In this document: piece by piece, positions 27,649-42,240 of the stretch
Position numbering within the stretch: position 1 is the stretch's first letter
How the letters are laid out: each line of letters opens with the position of its first letter
From: Tubiluchus corallicola
Lineage: Eukaryota > Animalia > Priapulida
NCBI GenBank assembly: GCA_030141605.1
Contig: JAQGDQ010000033.1
Location: 124,001-188,000, forward strand
DNA: 64,000 nucleotides
Direction of reading: 5' to 3'
Translations under genes and position numbers: made by a program
The notes under the pieces: model-generated
Told to the model about the DNA's origin: nothing
What the model saw: only the letters and a program-made list of their open reading frames with translations
The model's database searches: none

Positions 27649-28924
27649 TTTAATCTATTATAGTTTTATATAATCTGTCACAATCACTAACGCACAGTTA
27701 TAGAAACCAGGCACTATATATATATATATAATATACAGCCGAATACATCACCAACACATTTGGGACCCTGAAACAATCAAACAAAATTAATTTTCTGAAT
27801 CAATTGCACTATACAATACATTATTTATTATTACTTAACATTACAGTGTACCGTAATAATTGGTGTCACAATAAATAAATCTAAATCTAATCCTTATACA
27901 CAGTATTAGTTTTTGTTCCAAACGGTAGCTTACATTAAGTTATATTAATGCTATATTAAGTTATGCTATTTATTTTCACTTAGGAAGTGAGTCATATAAA
28001 CATGTGCAATGCCACATGCATATAAAACCAAGAATATCTGTGTGTAAGGATGGTGAGGCTTCCGTGTTCATAAATATTTAAATAATAATATCTTATTATA
28101 TGGAACTCTTTTGGGGCGTGCATTCTCTGCTGTGCTTGCTCGCAATTTTTCAAGCGATTGGCTCTGTTTTGCACTCTAATCGAGCTTTTTTCTCAGTCTG
28201 GACGTGATGTTAACAGATAATGATGCCCACAAAGTTTGTCACAGGGAAATATACAGATTAATTAGAAGAATAGAGCAGTATCCAGCAGCTGAATAGCATC
28301 CAGTTGTTTTATCAATGTAATAAAAGGCCTTTATGTACGTTTTAAACAAGCTTTGCTGTATATATTCTTGCCATCTACACAATACCAACAACCAGTGCTT
28401 AAAGTGTATTTATTTAGGTAAGGGTCTCATGGTGAACAGAACAAGAAAAAGAAACAGCCAGGTCTGTGAGAGCGCTGTGAGCTGCCACCAGTGGGGTCTG
28501 GAGCTTAGATTTTCTTTGGCTGTAATGGCTGAAAAAAGGTCAGTTTTGTAAGCCATTTTTCAAATGTCCTTTGCCATTAAGGATACAAAATTTAGCTGAA
28601 CAGCAATTACTTTTTAATCAGTGAATTAAATAGTTTTCATCCACTAGCTTTTATACTTTACCCTGTATAAGTCTTGGCCTATTCAAACAGTTTAACCGTG
28701 AACTGAGCAAACAAAAGACAGCAAGGTGCACTAGCTCCAATTTACTTATTGATATACTTGTGCCAAAGACAATCACATGGCTCATGCCAACTATTACAGC
28801 TAAATTTTGTTGCACCTAACTTTTCAAGTCTAAAGTAAAATAGATTACTAGATGATAAAATGAGTTAACTCATTCTTCTTGTGCACAACTTTTCAAGAAA
28901 TGTTTTTTCCTGAAAAGTTGCAAC

Positions 28925-29560
28925 AAAAATGATGTACCCACTGCTATCGTCCACAGTTCAATTTTGGTCAAATGTGAATCTTTTAGTTTTTTATAAAAAC
29001 AAATGGTAAATATATTGGACTTTTATAGTCTAGCATCGAATTATCAAGAAACTGTCCAAAAATACTAAAAATTTAATTTTATGACCCCTTGCCCTCTTTT
29101 CTAATTAGAAACTAGCACTGCAATTGTAAAAAAAAAACTTGTGTTATCAAACTCCGGTAGTAGCTCGTGGAATCTGTCATTTTGCTTCTGGTATTTTCAG
29201 TTGACAACACCCGATCTTCGTCGGGAAGAGCCATCTACTGGATATAAACATAACTTCAATGTGTTTTTGCAAAGTCCACAGCATCCACACTTTCGTACGG
29301 TTGCTAAGTGTTTTGTAAAGAAGCGACAAAAAACAATGGCTGACTTTAACAGCGATATTCTCAAGATTATGTTTTTCAGTGCATAGCATGCACTTCAACT
29401 TCAACGTGGAATATCTCAGCTTAGAAATAACATAGAACGATGAGCTTGGTATCAAAATGATCTTTACGAAAAGGAGATTCAGGATATGTGAATAGCTAGA
29501 AAAGGTTAATTGCCGACTTATGGATGATTTTGCTATGCAAGCACACATTTGATGAACTTT
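28925..29560. repeat. Interspersed repeat family B copy 1
   Basis: Shares blocks such as ATCTCAGCTTAGAAATA...TTGGTATCAAA and TTTGCTATGCAAGCACACATTT with 58635-59150 and, inverted, with 47812-49090. Confidence 0.8.
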
Positions 29561-29899
29561 AGGAATTTTAAAGTTTGTCTAACCTCGAATTGCTAATGCA
29601 TAGTTTTAAGGTACGCCGGTAGGGTAAACACTTTGTGACATTGGTACAGTAATATTAAATCTTAAAGAGAATAAGAGGCCATCAAATTTATTTATTGCTC
29701 GAATTCTTTGCAATTTCTAATTCCATTCACTTCAACTGTATCGTAGTGCCGCAATGTAATTGGTAAGCAAGTAATGCTACCAAAATAGTAAAAGAAATTC
29801 GAACAGCAAACAAAAGTACCAAGAATCATGTTAAAATCACAAGGCGATTAACATCAAAACTCACTCAATCAACAAATCCAAGAAATCCTAATCTTTCTT

Positions 29900-30467
29900 C
29901 AAAATCTCATTCCATCTGTTGTAGGCATTGAGGTATCAACATTTATCAGAGTATTCCACATTCTTCTATCTGCAGCTAACAGCGTTAAGTTCTTCTACTC
30001 CAGAAGATAGATTTGGTTGAAGTTGCTGAACATCCTTATTTATCTTAGCTATCCAAGTTGTTTTTAGGTTTACCGGGTGGTTTTTGCAAGGTTTTAAATC
30101 TTCCTTTAAAGCAATTCTTACTGGTGCTTCCTTTAGTAATCTTAGAAGATAAACCTAGCCATCTTAATCTTCGGATCTTGACTTTTGAACGCCAATAAAG
30201 TTTGTAGATATGTATGGCCATCTTATCTTTAAAACTTTTTTAAGAAGACTTCTATGAAATGTCAATCAGCTTTTCTTGAGTAATCGTTAAACCCCAAGTT
30301 TCACTGTTGTACATAAATATGCACGTAGCACAATAAGCATTAAATAATCAAGGTCTTACGTTAATACTTAATTTCTTGCTAATTAATACATTCTTGTGCT
30401 TTCTGCTTTTAATGTCATCTTCGGTGCTGCACAGTATCAAACTCGAGACGTCAACAAAATTTATCAA
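29900..30467 (-). mobile_element. Degenerate LINE ORF2 fragment (host of family A copy 2)
   Basis: Minus strand reads FMYNSETWGLT plus downstream degenerate ORF2-like residues; subclass not resolved. Confidence 0.5.
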
Positions 30468-31388
30468 TGTTGGGCGCCGAGTAATTCACTAGCCGAAGTA
30501 GGACAATTGGCGTACATCGGTTAGCCCAAGTAGGACACTAGAGACAGGTTGCGAATTGAGTCGTTAATTCGTAATTTTTTTGGTCGTAATACAGAGAAAA
30601 TTACTGCACTTGCTCTAAGCATTCTAGGAAACTGTTGCATGGACAGTGAAACTCGAATCGAAGTAAGCATCATGTGAAGAAACACTTTCTTACATTTCAT
30701 CAGTTTAGCTTTGCTGGAAAATGCTTTGATCTCATATTCACTTGCCATACTAGTTAGTAAGTAAGTAAGTTTATTAGTTTATCACCATTTTTAAAATAGA
30801 AAAATACATAACTAAGAGATTTATAAATCTATACAACATACAATAATATTACAAAGTGCAAAAGTAATTATTGATTAGTGGTGAAAGGATGGCGAAAGAA
30901 CTATAAGTTATCGAGGTTAGCCACCCTCTCAGGATTGTTACTAGTATAATTAATTAGTTAATGCGCATGTACCAGGTAATTAAAAATTATCAGATTTTGC
31001 ATTTAAGACGAATGAAAATTGAATTATTATATGAATGTGTTAGTTTATAATAAAATACTGTTCAATAATGGGAAAGAAGAGACACACGTGACTATCTTTA
31101 AATAATAATTTAACCATTACGCACTTAAAATTAAGGTTATGAGGACCTACAACCAAAGGAAGAAAAAAAAATTAATTTTCCACTTGTAGCTAGCAAAAGT
31201 GGATAAACATATATGTTTAGTCATGAAAAAAAGAGTTGAAAGAAAAGTATCGCAACATTCTTTAGGATTAGCGTTCATTATTGCATGATATTAAAGTCTA
31301 AAGATATACAAAAGGTGTACCTTACCTCCATAACATACATTTGAGCTGCAATGCATACTGAAGAATTTGTACAGCGTGACGCAAATTA

Positions 31389-31431
<43 letters not shown>

Positions 31432-34400
31432 AATATAAATGAGGCATTGTAATAACCGGGATTCACTGTGAATTGCTCATTAGTATTTAATTTATATAGT
31501 ATTTAGTAGTGACGGTAGCATCGGTTGAGATTATTAGTGAATTTAAGTTACACATAATAGAAAAACTTATTAGAAATAACAGAGTTAGCTCAACTACAAG
31601 GATTTCAACTTAAATGGAAGTAAGGAAAATAGTAGTTATTTAAATTATAGTTAGTTTAGCCAAAATTTACACTACTTTTAGCATATCATAGATCTACAAA
31701 GATGAGTACAGAGATATTAATTTATCTTTATATTTACTGATAAGAAAATAAATTGATTTGTTTTTAATTTCTTGGGGAATAGAGTTCCTGATATGGGGGC
31801 CTTGATATTTAAGATAGCACTGGGCTTTGTTTGTATTATATCTTACTACACTCATACTGTTATTTGAGGCAAAACGAGTTTGATAATTGTGTAAAGCAGA
31901 AGATTCGCTCATGTATCCGTTAAACAGTTTTTGGCAGATCTCCATGTAAGTATTCCATACTCTAAATAAGGGAATACTAGACCATAGTATACTAATTTGA
32001 GTGTTGGAATATCTAAGTAGTGCCTAAGTTTAAAGAATATGCCAGCAAATTCAGCAATTTTACTTATTTTATATGTTAAGTGTTGAATATGTGAGTTCCA
32101 GTTTAACTTGTCATCAATGTGGATCCCTAAATATTTAATTTCATTTGATCGATCTATGTTAATATTGTTAAGTTTAATTCGGAAATTATTTACACCATTA
32201 TTTGCTCTGTGATTGGTAAAGAGAATAAACTTAGTTTTTTGATAATTGAGTGTTAATTTGTTTGCCTTTAGCCAGGTGTCAGTTTTGACAAGTTGGTCAT
32301 TAACAGTGTTTTCTAAATTTTTGATATTAGATGCGGCCATGAATAAGTTTGTATCATCTGCAAACACGCGCGTTTGAAGGCTAGAGCAGGTTGGTAGGTC
32401 ATTTACATAGAGTAAAATAATAAGGTTAAGCCTTGAGGGACCCCACATGTAATATTACACATTTTTGATTCAGTAGTTCCCATAGCAGTAAACTGTTTAC
32501 GATTGGAGAGATATGATCTAAAGAAGTTAAGTGCGTGTCATTTTATTTAGTTTGTCAATTAGTATACTATGTTGTACTGTATCAAAAGCTTTTTGTAAAT
32601 CTATAAAAATGCCACAGGTATACAATTTCTTATCCATGTTATCCAATATTCTGTCATTAACTCAGATGTGGCCAGGGCAGTCGAGTAGGTTTTGCGAATT
32701 GAAAATCTGTTAGTATCCTAAATTTAGTCAAAAAAATATTTAAACGATTATATATTAGTTTCTCGAAAATTTTGGCAAATGTGGAAAGTAGTGAAATGGG
32801 TCTGTAATTGCTCAAGTCATTAGATGAGTCAGATTTAAATATTGGTATAACTTTAGCTATTTTAAGTGCGCAAGAAAAGCAGCTTCAGTGATTGATTTGT
32901 TAAAGAGATCAGTCAGTATTGGAGCTAATGTCAGTTTGGCTAATTTGTAGTAGTACATTTGTATCTCATCAGGTCCCGGTGATTTATTGCTATTGAGATT
33001 CTTAAGTTCATTCAGAGTTTCTTGCACCAGAATAGGGTTAAAGAAAAACAATTTCTGAGCAGGATTATGTAGAAAGTCATTATGGTTTAGTTCGTTAGTT
33101 AGTTCGATTTTGGCAGCTAAATTGGCTCCAATTCTAGTAAAGTGATTATTAAGGATCTCACATATAACAGCTTCATTGTTTCTTTTAATACCGTTAATTT
33201 TTATTTTATTGGGCAGAATGGTAGCTTTATTTTTACGATTAGCTAAATCGTTAATAGTGGTCCATATCTTTCTTATGTTATTTTTATTATTTAGCAACAA
33301 TTTCTGGTAGTATTGCTTTTTAGCTTTTTCCTTTGTATGGTTTAATATATTCGAATAAGTTTTATGGTAATTTTGCTTATACAGACTATTAGAAAATTTG
33401 TGTGATTTGTACAGTTTACTTCTGATTTTTATTGATTTTAACAAACCTGGTGTTATCCATGGTTTTTTGTAAGTTCGTGTTTGTTTCCTAGATAGGGTTT
33501 TGTAATGGCAAGTGTTTGTTTGTAATCCTTTTAAAAGTTTCATAAAATATGTTAAATGCTTCATTGGAATATAAGTTGGAGAAATCAGTAGTATTTAAGG
33601 CTTCGTGCAGCTCAAGCGCATAGTTCTCTTTAACGAGTTAGTTTTATCCCTGATTGTAACCTTGTGAAATTTCCTATTGACTAAAGACTTTTTAATTATT
33701 GCAAAAACAGGAAGATGGTCAGCAACTTCGTAAAGTATTATGCCCGACGTTATGGGGTTAGTCAAGTCATTGCTGTATATATGATCAATTAATGTTTGAG
33801 ATTTACTAGTTATTCTTGTAGGTTTGGTAATTAACGGGATGAAGCAGTTGGCATAAATCATTGAGAGGTAGTTAGTTATATAGATTTTATTTTCATGATG
33901 AAGCAGATTTATATTGAAGTCACCACAGACAGCTTACCAGATTCATTGATTTTGTTTAATGTTATATCTAATTGTTCTTGAAAAGTTGGTACGTCTGTGT
34001 TTGGATGCCTATAAATGACTCCAAGTACAATATTTTTGGATTTTGTTTCGATTTTTAGCCAACAATTTTCAGCATGCACTTTTGTAGTGTTTGAGTGTGT
34101 ATTTATATTGTATTTGGTGGGCAGGACTAAAAATTATTTTTTCATTAATATATATTCCAACACCTCCTGCATTAGTTATTGAATTCTAATGGAGAAATGT
34201 ATAGCCTGGAATACTACATAGGAAGTGTCGATTACTTGATAATCTGGTCTCAGAGACTGCAATCAGGTCAGGCCATGATTGAAAGTTATACAATATATCT
34301 AAGAGATTACTAAAATGTTTATTTAAACTACTTAGATTAATATGGATCATTGATAAATCATTGGGGTTTATTTTATATATGGGGTCAGATTCTAGTTGAC

Positions 34401-36098
34401 ATAATTTGACATACTTGCTATCATACTGAATTGTGAAGTGATCTAGATCATTGTCCTCATTAGTGTCACACAGAAGAGCAGAATAGTTGAGTGAAGGTAG
34501 ATTAGTAAGATTTGCTAGTTTTGAATGGTCACCGAGTGCGTAACACAGTTCATCTTTATTCAAACTTTGGAATGGTAGTATGTTGTTAATACACTGCAAA
34601 CAATAAAAAGGCTCGTTAGTATTAGTTAGCATAGCAAACTCATCATTAGCTAGCAACGTGAATTTTTTGTGAATCGAATTATTACAGATACCACAAAAAA
34701 CTGCACATTGGTTATTTCGGCAAGGTTTTCTACATTGAACACACAAAAATTTTGTAGCCATGTTGAAATAAAAGCTCAAGGGTATTTATATTCATAGTTT
34801 ATACGGTCAATCAACACACATGTTAGTTGGCACATTTTACTTAAATTTGTCAATATCAGCTTCAGATTCAATTTCAATGGACTGACTTTCCTCACTAGTT
34901 TTTAGAAAGATTCTTCCTTGAGAAGTCCATAATGATTTGTACTTTTTGTTTCTCTTTACTACTAAACACTTGTTTGAACAAATCTTTTCTAGATCGGGTT
35001 AAGCACTCATTAATAAAAATTTTTCCATTCTTAGGAATACCTAATTTATGTACATCTGGTGTTTTCATGCGCCTCTTATAGAATAAGTCTCTCATTGTTC
35101 GCTTGATGAACTACACTATAATGGGATTATCACCTTTTGATGGAAGCATACAATGTGACACACTGATATCGTTGCAGGAAACATTTACTCCCTTTAGGCT
35201 CTCAAGCTTGGTAACGATGTCATCTGTATGTTTTTTATCTATTGTGGGCACACCGTCTATAATCAGACAACCTCGGCGAGTGTATTGTTCTAGTGTATCA
35301 AAGTTTAATTGAGTTTGTTGTAATTTCGAAGTAGCCTCTGTTAGAGTCCTTTGTAAAGCATGATTCTCGTTTTCATTTCTGCTAGTTCTTTTTTATTTGA
35401 TCATTATCGCTTTTTATATCTTCGTATTGGGCTGATATGAACTGTTGGCTTGATGTAAGTGTATCAAGTTCTTTGCATATGTTTGTGTTAAGCATGCTAG
35501 CACCGTCCGTTGTCCTTGTTTATTTAATAATAATAATTACAAACGTCAATACACGTTGAATAATTTATTATACATCTGATACAATGAAAGAAGTTTATTC
35601 TGCGCTAGAAGAATTAATATTTGCCAATATTAATCTTCTTTGAAGAGAAATAAGCGCACTTTTTAGGCGATTCCAACATTTGCTTAAGGTGTATCATTTT
35701 TTATTTTGCCTTGCTTCACACACAGGTGATCCTTTTCCTCCTTCTTGGACAAATAATTGCTTTCCAAACGGGTTAGTGAGTTGGGTGCCCTACATAGTTT
35801 CTCTCTTTAAAACATTAGATATTTAGTTTAATGTTATGATGATATTTATGGAGCTAATAATGATGATGATATTGTTGTAAAAATACATTTGTAAACTGGC
35901 ATCGTTATTATAGAGTTGCTTTTTTGCTAAAACAAATTTAGTTTTAAGTTTTATTATGTCATAAATCTCGATACTCGGCAGAAATCGCTAGTGTCCGACT
36001 TGGGCTACCCATGTACGATACTGTTTTTCCGCAAATTTCGCATATGCGTTTTACCGGAAGAATCCTACTTCGGCTATTGGCTTACTCGGCGCCCTACA
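30468..36098. mobile_element. Family A copy 2 (inverted), split by a ~4.9-kb insertion (halves 30468-30567 and ~35488-36098)
   Basis: Ends TGTTGGGCGCCGAG / CTCGGCGCCCTACA with perfect TSD ATCAA; the halves join at GTTAA when compared with copy 3. Confidence 0.85.
30751..35487 (-). mobile_element. Near full-length degenerate CR1/L2-group LINE (ORF1 + PHD-APE-RT ORF2)
   Basis: ORF1 fragments (IFINECLTRSRKDLF), PHD finger (CVQC...CGIC...IHKK...FYCLQC), APE (IAVSETRL, LIDHIY, DHLPVF), RT (KSPGPD, YVNDLP...VFADDT, KYLGIHID), many frameshifts; 3' AATAAA followed by (CTTA)n tail near 30751-30775. Confidence 0.92.
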
Positions 36099-36519
36099 AT
36101 CAAAACTGCAATGTGGATGGCGAAATCTTTCAAACTGTGTCGGTCTAGCTGTTGATTCATTCCGAATTTACTTAATCAGAGTATGTGATACAGCTACGCC
36201 TACTCAGAACGTAACAGATTAGTTTATCTTTCAAAGGCATAACTCATAGGGACCTAGAGATGAACTCGGTTGCTGTCCCTTCTTAAAACTGTTGACAAAT
36301 AGTGCTTCAACAGTTGCTGCTGGCAATTTGTTTCAAAGGTTGATGACATGGGAGGCAAAAATGGGACTGAATATTAATTGGTCCATCAAAGAGGAACGCA
36401 AAAATTTAATGTATAGTTCAGATGGGTAACCACGCAAGGGTATAGAGAGACGGAAAAAGAAATTTTCTGGAGGATGTAAACCCATTGACTATGTTGTAAC
36501 GTTGGTTTAGTTACAAGAC

Positions 36520-36901
<382 letters not shown>

Positions 36902-36919
36902 GCAGTTGATGAGATCAAA

Positions 36920-37970
36920 ATTAATGTCTCTTTCCATTGCTCCTGACTTAATGGCTTAGAAAAGTCAGCATCCTCAGCCATATAGCCGAACACATCAGTT
37001 TTTTACTTTTTTCTGAGATCCTTTGAGTGTGGAATGCACCACCTCACACCAAGATATTAAATGCCCCAAGATGTTTAATGAAGATTTATACTCAATGCCG
37101 AGTTACTGGGTTGATTTTGAAGATAATAATTATGAAGTAGGAATATGGAACTGTACTATGGATATGCAAAAATGGCTGTTACAAAGTCCAATAACCATTT
37201 TCACACCATCTTTGAACGTTGATGAGGTTAAGTTATAGGATAACACCTGTTGCAATCATTCGATATCAGATGGTATATGGCTTTAAATCATTGGTGTACA
37301 ATGCCATTGATATTCCAGTTGATATACAGTTCGTAATATCAATTTCATGAACATAGTGCCACCAAGGATATGTCTTAAGCTATCCTACTGTAGACATTTC
37401 CAGCGTGCCATTTAAAATAGCACATTCACACTTGACAGCAGTTTGCACTGGAACCATGCGAGGAGGTTCACCAAAAAAACATGAATGAGGCACTGAGTCA
37501 AAAGCTCTCTTAAAGTCAAGATTCGGTACATCAATGCCTGGGTACAACTAGGGGTCATCAACTCATAGTGACAGTTGTTTAACTAGGTTAGCTATCATTC
37601 ATCTTTCAAGAAGTGAGTCATGCATAATGCTTTTGCATATTGTCCTAATCAGAAACCACAATACGTTATCTAAGATAATGAGCTCCATGCACATGGTGAC
37701 GACTAACACTACCGATAATTATGTGTCTTATGTTATCACAAGATGGGCAAGCAGAGCACTGTTTTTGGGTTAGGAGTGATGTTCTTATTTTGAGTAATGC
37801 CTGACGAATCCAATGACTTAGCAAAAAAGTAGCAGTAAGGCTATCCAAATTTGCAATACACAAGACTGCAAGATGACAAAATTGTGGATATAGTCAGGTC
37901 CAATAGCCTTGAAGGTCAATCAGCTTTAAGTAAACATTGCACATTGAGAACTCAATATTACTGAGATTAT
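36920..37970 (-). mobile_element. Degenerate CR1-like RT fragment
   Basis: Minus strand retains LDFKRAFDSVPH-like and KYLGH-like RT remnants; heavily mutated. Confidence 0.55.
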
Positions 37971-38494
37971 TGGCATTACTCCTGCTGCTGCTATTTATTA
38001 CTGCTGCTGAAAATAAATAAAAAAATAAATATAAACCAGACTCTTACATCCAACCTCACAACGTCTCTACATTAAGTCGTTAAGAAACGTATTGCCAATA
38101 TTTTGAAAACAATAACCAACCCACACACTCCTCATCCGAACCGCTTTCCCAAACAACCATTCGTGTAGTTTTCATAAAAATACGACTTAAGAAAATATTC
38201 AGCCACATTCACAAATTCTGTCTAATTCATCCGGCTTCCATCTAAACAGTGGGCTAATATTTATTCCTGAAGCTCCAATTCTTGCCTTAATTCATTATTG
38301 TACATATCATTCACCCTATTCGCTCGATTTATTAACCATAATGTCTCTCTCCCAGCCATAGAACAGCTTTCAAGTTTCTTTTTCAACAATTGTAAATCTT
38401 TTTCTCTTAAATTACATTCAATTAAATCATTCAGTCCTTTTCACTGAGATTTACATCCGTGATTTTCTCTAAATCATTACAACTTAAATCACAA

Positions 38495-41400
38495 GGGTTC
38501 AATTCAATTGTAAAATCGGTTTTATTTGCACAAATACATACAATGTACAGTGGCAAAGCAATACACGTTAAATATTACATAAACCGAAAAAAATTACAAT
38601 AGGCTGTGTGTAAAGTTATTTTCATATACAAATGTTAAGATATGGTATACTGATACAAAAATCACAGTGGCGTAAAAATGGTATAATTTAGCAATGAAAA
38701 AAAGAAAAATGACTTGAAAATAGTAAGTATTTGTACCAGCTTTTTAAATGAAAAATTATAAAAACAACATAATGAGAGTTGAAATTATTTGGTTAGAGTC
38801 TAGTGCCAAAATGCTGATTTCTTCTTCCCTAGGAACTGGAGTTGTTGCCAAAAGTTTCTTGCTTTGATGTCATTGTAACCAGAAAGTCTACAATAAACAA
38901 AGAAACTGTTTTAAAAACAAGGCCTACAAAAAAGCAAAGAAACAGTATTAAATCAATTAACAACTATACATTATGCAATACAAAACTGTACCTAGATATT
39001 AAAAAGTCTCAGCTCTTGAGTACTTGAGTTAACATTGAAAAGGTTCAACAAGGTGTAGCCAGTGTTAGCTTTTTGTTTTTCTTATTTGGAAGTTTTTAAA
39101 TATATATTCTCCAAAATGAATTATATTTTGTTGAACACTACTGTTAAACAGCCACATGAGAGAGGTGGTATTTGTAAAGAAAAAAGTTAGACTGTGAAGT
39201 TCATTTTCGTAATTTGTTTTATTTTCAGCAAAAAGTAGGCAGTCATAAATAAAGTGCATTTTGTCTTCTATTTCATGTTTTTAGGTGAGGAATTTGCACA
39301 ATAATTGTATTTTCGTTCTTGTCCTGGTGTTTTGGTATAACGAGCAGTTTCGATTTCTATATCATGATCACTCACTCGGAATTTAAGTAATAGCTTGTCT
39401 ATGATTTTTGTCCTTAATTTTGTATTTGCATTTTAACCATACTGTAAAATCTGAGCTGGTTGCAGCCCCCTTTTTCCTATCATCATTATGAATTTCGCTA
39501 AAAAATAGATTTTCATATCCCACTTTTAGAATTTAGTTCAGGTTTTTGACTTTCTGAGTTATTGTCACTTATTCATTCTCAAATTCTGATGTATAGCTTG
39601 GGATAAGTTTCCATGAGGGCGAGAATAGAGCTGTGTGATTCAGAAACGAGGTGTTAAATATAGCCTTTCTGGGTTTGTGGGCGGCAGTCAAGCCAAATTT
39701 GTAATCTTTTTGCTGCTGCGATGAGAAGGTGATATAAACCCAGTTCAGCCCATTCCATGTTCGCAGAAGTTTCTTAATGTCATTGCTGTCAATTTTATTT
39801 AGTTTTTTAACATAAGCGTTTGTGCAAATTTCACAACCATATATTGTAATAGGGACTATTAATGTGTTAAATAGGAAAATTAGTGTAGTTAATGGGAAAC
39901 TGCTGTTAAACATTAGAGTTTTTATTTCAAAGAGAGCTCTAATGCTGTGCTTTCTCATTGTTTCTACGTGTTTATTCTGTATTCCTGTATATTTAACACC
40001 CCTAGATGTTTTGCCGTCTTTAGTGTCTCTGAGTTCATCTGGAAGGTGGCATTATATATGATGGTGGCCTTTTTCCAGATACCACTATTTTTGTTTCTTT
40101 TTGTAGTTGATTTTTAGGTGGTTTTCTGCAGCATACTGTGAAAATCGTCTGCATACTGCAAGCACTTTATTACTATTTCATTTAATATTGGAGCTTCATT
40201 ATTGGGGAGATCATTTATGTACAAGTTGGAGAGTGTTTGACTTAGGTTATCACCTTGTCATACACCTGTTTCTGTATTAAAAAATGAAGAAAACACAGAT
40301 TCTTTTTCATAGAATATTTTGACTTCATGTACATATTCTTTGTTACTTGCATTATATCAGTATCAATGCCACACTGCTCCAGTTTCTTGAATAATAGATT
40401 ATGGCTCATTTTGTTGAATACAGTTTGAAGTCAACGAAGCAGGAGTACAAATATGTGTCAGCCAGAAAAAGTTGTTTGTGTAACAATATGGCATTTAGCA
40501 GTAGTAGTAGTAGTAATGATCGGTTGTTTGTGAATTTTTTCAAAAGCCAAATTGAATTTTTGATAGAAGATCATTTTGTTCCAGGTATTTAATTTATTCT
40601 GTCATTTACAATTGAATTAAATCGCTTTCCTAAGCATGAAATTACTGAGATGCCTCGATAGGGTCAGAGGCCTCACCACCTTTGACAATTGGGGTTAAGA
40701 CGATTTTGCATCAAAGCTCTGGGTATTCCCTTTTTTATAAAATTAGGTTCATAAGTTTTACGAGAGGACTGTCCAAGACAACTGATGCTGATTTTATCAT
40801 TTCGTTTGAGAGTTTGTCAATTCCAGTACTTTGCCACATTTTGGATTTTCTATTTGCACTTTTAATTTTTGTATAGAGATTCTAGATTTACGCATCTGAA
40901 GATGATGCAGTTTTGGTAGTGATGTATTTATAACGGAATTTTCCATGTTTTGCAAGCTATTGATTATCTGTGGTATTGTATTTTCCTTATCTTTGTAGAG
41001 TACTCTGTAGTAGCTGAATAGTTTTTCTATTGGAATTTCTAATTTTTGTTTCTTGTCATTTCGGCAAAGTTTGTTTGTTCCATTCCAAAGGTCTCGAGGA
41101 TTGCTCCTTCTTAGATCATTTAACTTCTGTATTGTTTGTGTCATAATTTGTGCTTTTATTTCTTTTTTTGGTTACTTTTAGTTGTTTGACACTTTTTGCG
41201 ATCTCAGAAGTTATTGTAAGGATCTTTCTTTAATTGTCTATTGAGGCAATTCATCAGATTTTGAGACGATCTTAACTGAGGTGCTTTGCATTTTTGTCTA
41301 TTTGTGCTATTGCTATTTGACCTACACCTGACTGGTACTACGTAGAAACTGTTAGCATGGTGAAAAATATTGGTTATGTAGCTAAGGGCCTCATCCAAAT

Positions 41401-42240
41401 TTTTGTAACAAGTATTTGTGGAATGCAAGATTTTGGATTGGATATATTCAGTTTGCAGTGTAGTATGGAATGTTTGGTTTGAGTATTCTTCCCATTTGTA
41501 CTTTTTGTAACTGGAGAGTTGATTATACAACAGTGGTTTAGCTATTTGTACATTGTGATCTATTCTTATTTTAAATTCCAATTTGCAATGATCTGAAAAG
41601 CTGCCGTGCTTTCCCACAGCAAATGTTGTTATATCGTTGTAGGCGTCCTCACTGATCAATACATAGAGTACTACACTACAGCCACTGTGAGTGAAACAAG
41701 TAAAGTTTCCCATGGAGTCTCCCGGGTTTCTTCCATTTAGTATTCTAATTTTAGTGGCTATTGGCAGTTCAATAAGTTTTTTTTAGCAAAATTGTTCATA
41801 CTGTGCCTTTCGGGTAAGGTCTTGTTGTTTCTTTAGATCTCACTCTCAGGGCCTGGTGCTACATATTTGTCCTGGTTGTCTTCAATATAATCTGCAAGGT
41901 TTCCTGTCCTTGTATTAAAGTCACCTATTGATCCCTTTGCTGCAAAAGCAGCAATTTCTGATTCAAGTCACTCTGTTTTAGCCAAATAGAGAAATCATAC
42001 CTGGTATTCATGTGAGTTATTTTATACCTTGAAATTTTTTTGTAGTGTATTGCAAGTCCCCTGTGGCTATTTAACGCTGAATGTCTTACAGAAAATCCTA
42101 CAATATCGTGTTTTTTAATGTTTCTGACAAAATCGGGATCATTGAATTTTGCATCTATACCTTCATGGACGTTCCATGAAGCAAATTTAACCATTTCCAT
42201 AATAACAACATTGGCCATGGTGGCAAACACACAAAGTTAA
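38495..42240 (-). mobile_element. Second degenerate CR1/L2-group LINE (APE-RT)
   Basis: APE pieces (FASWNVHE, FTCFTHSGCSVV, SDHC), RT-region pieces (FNTLIVPITIYGCEI), C-terminal IETARY...EDKMHFIYDC; 3' AATAAA with ATTGA repeats near 38500. Confidence 0.85.
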
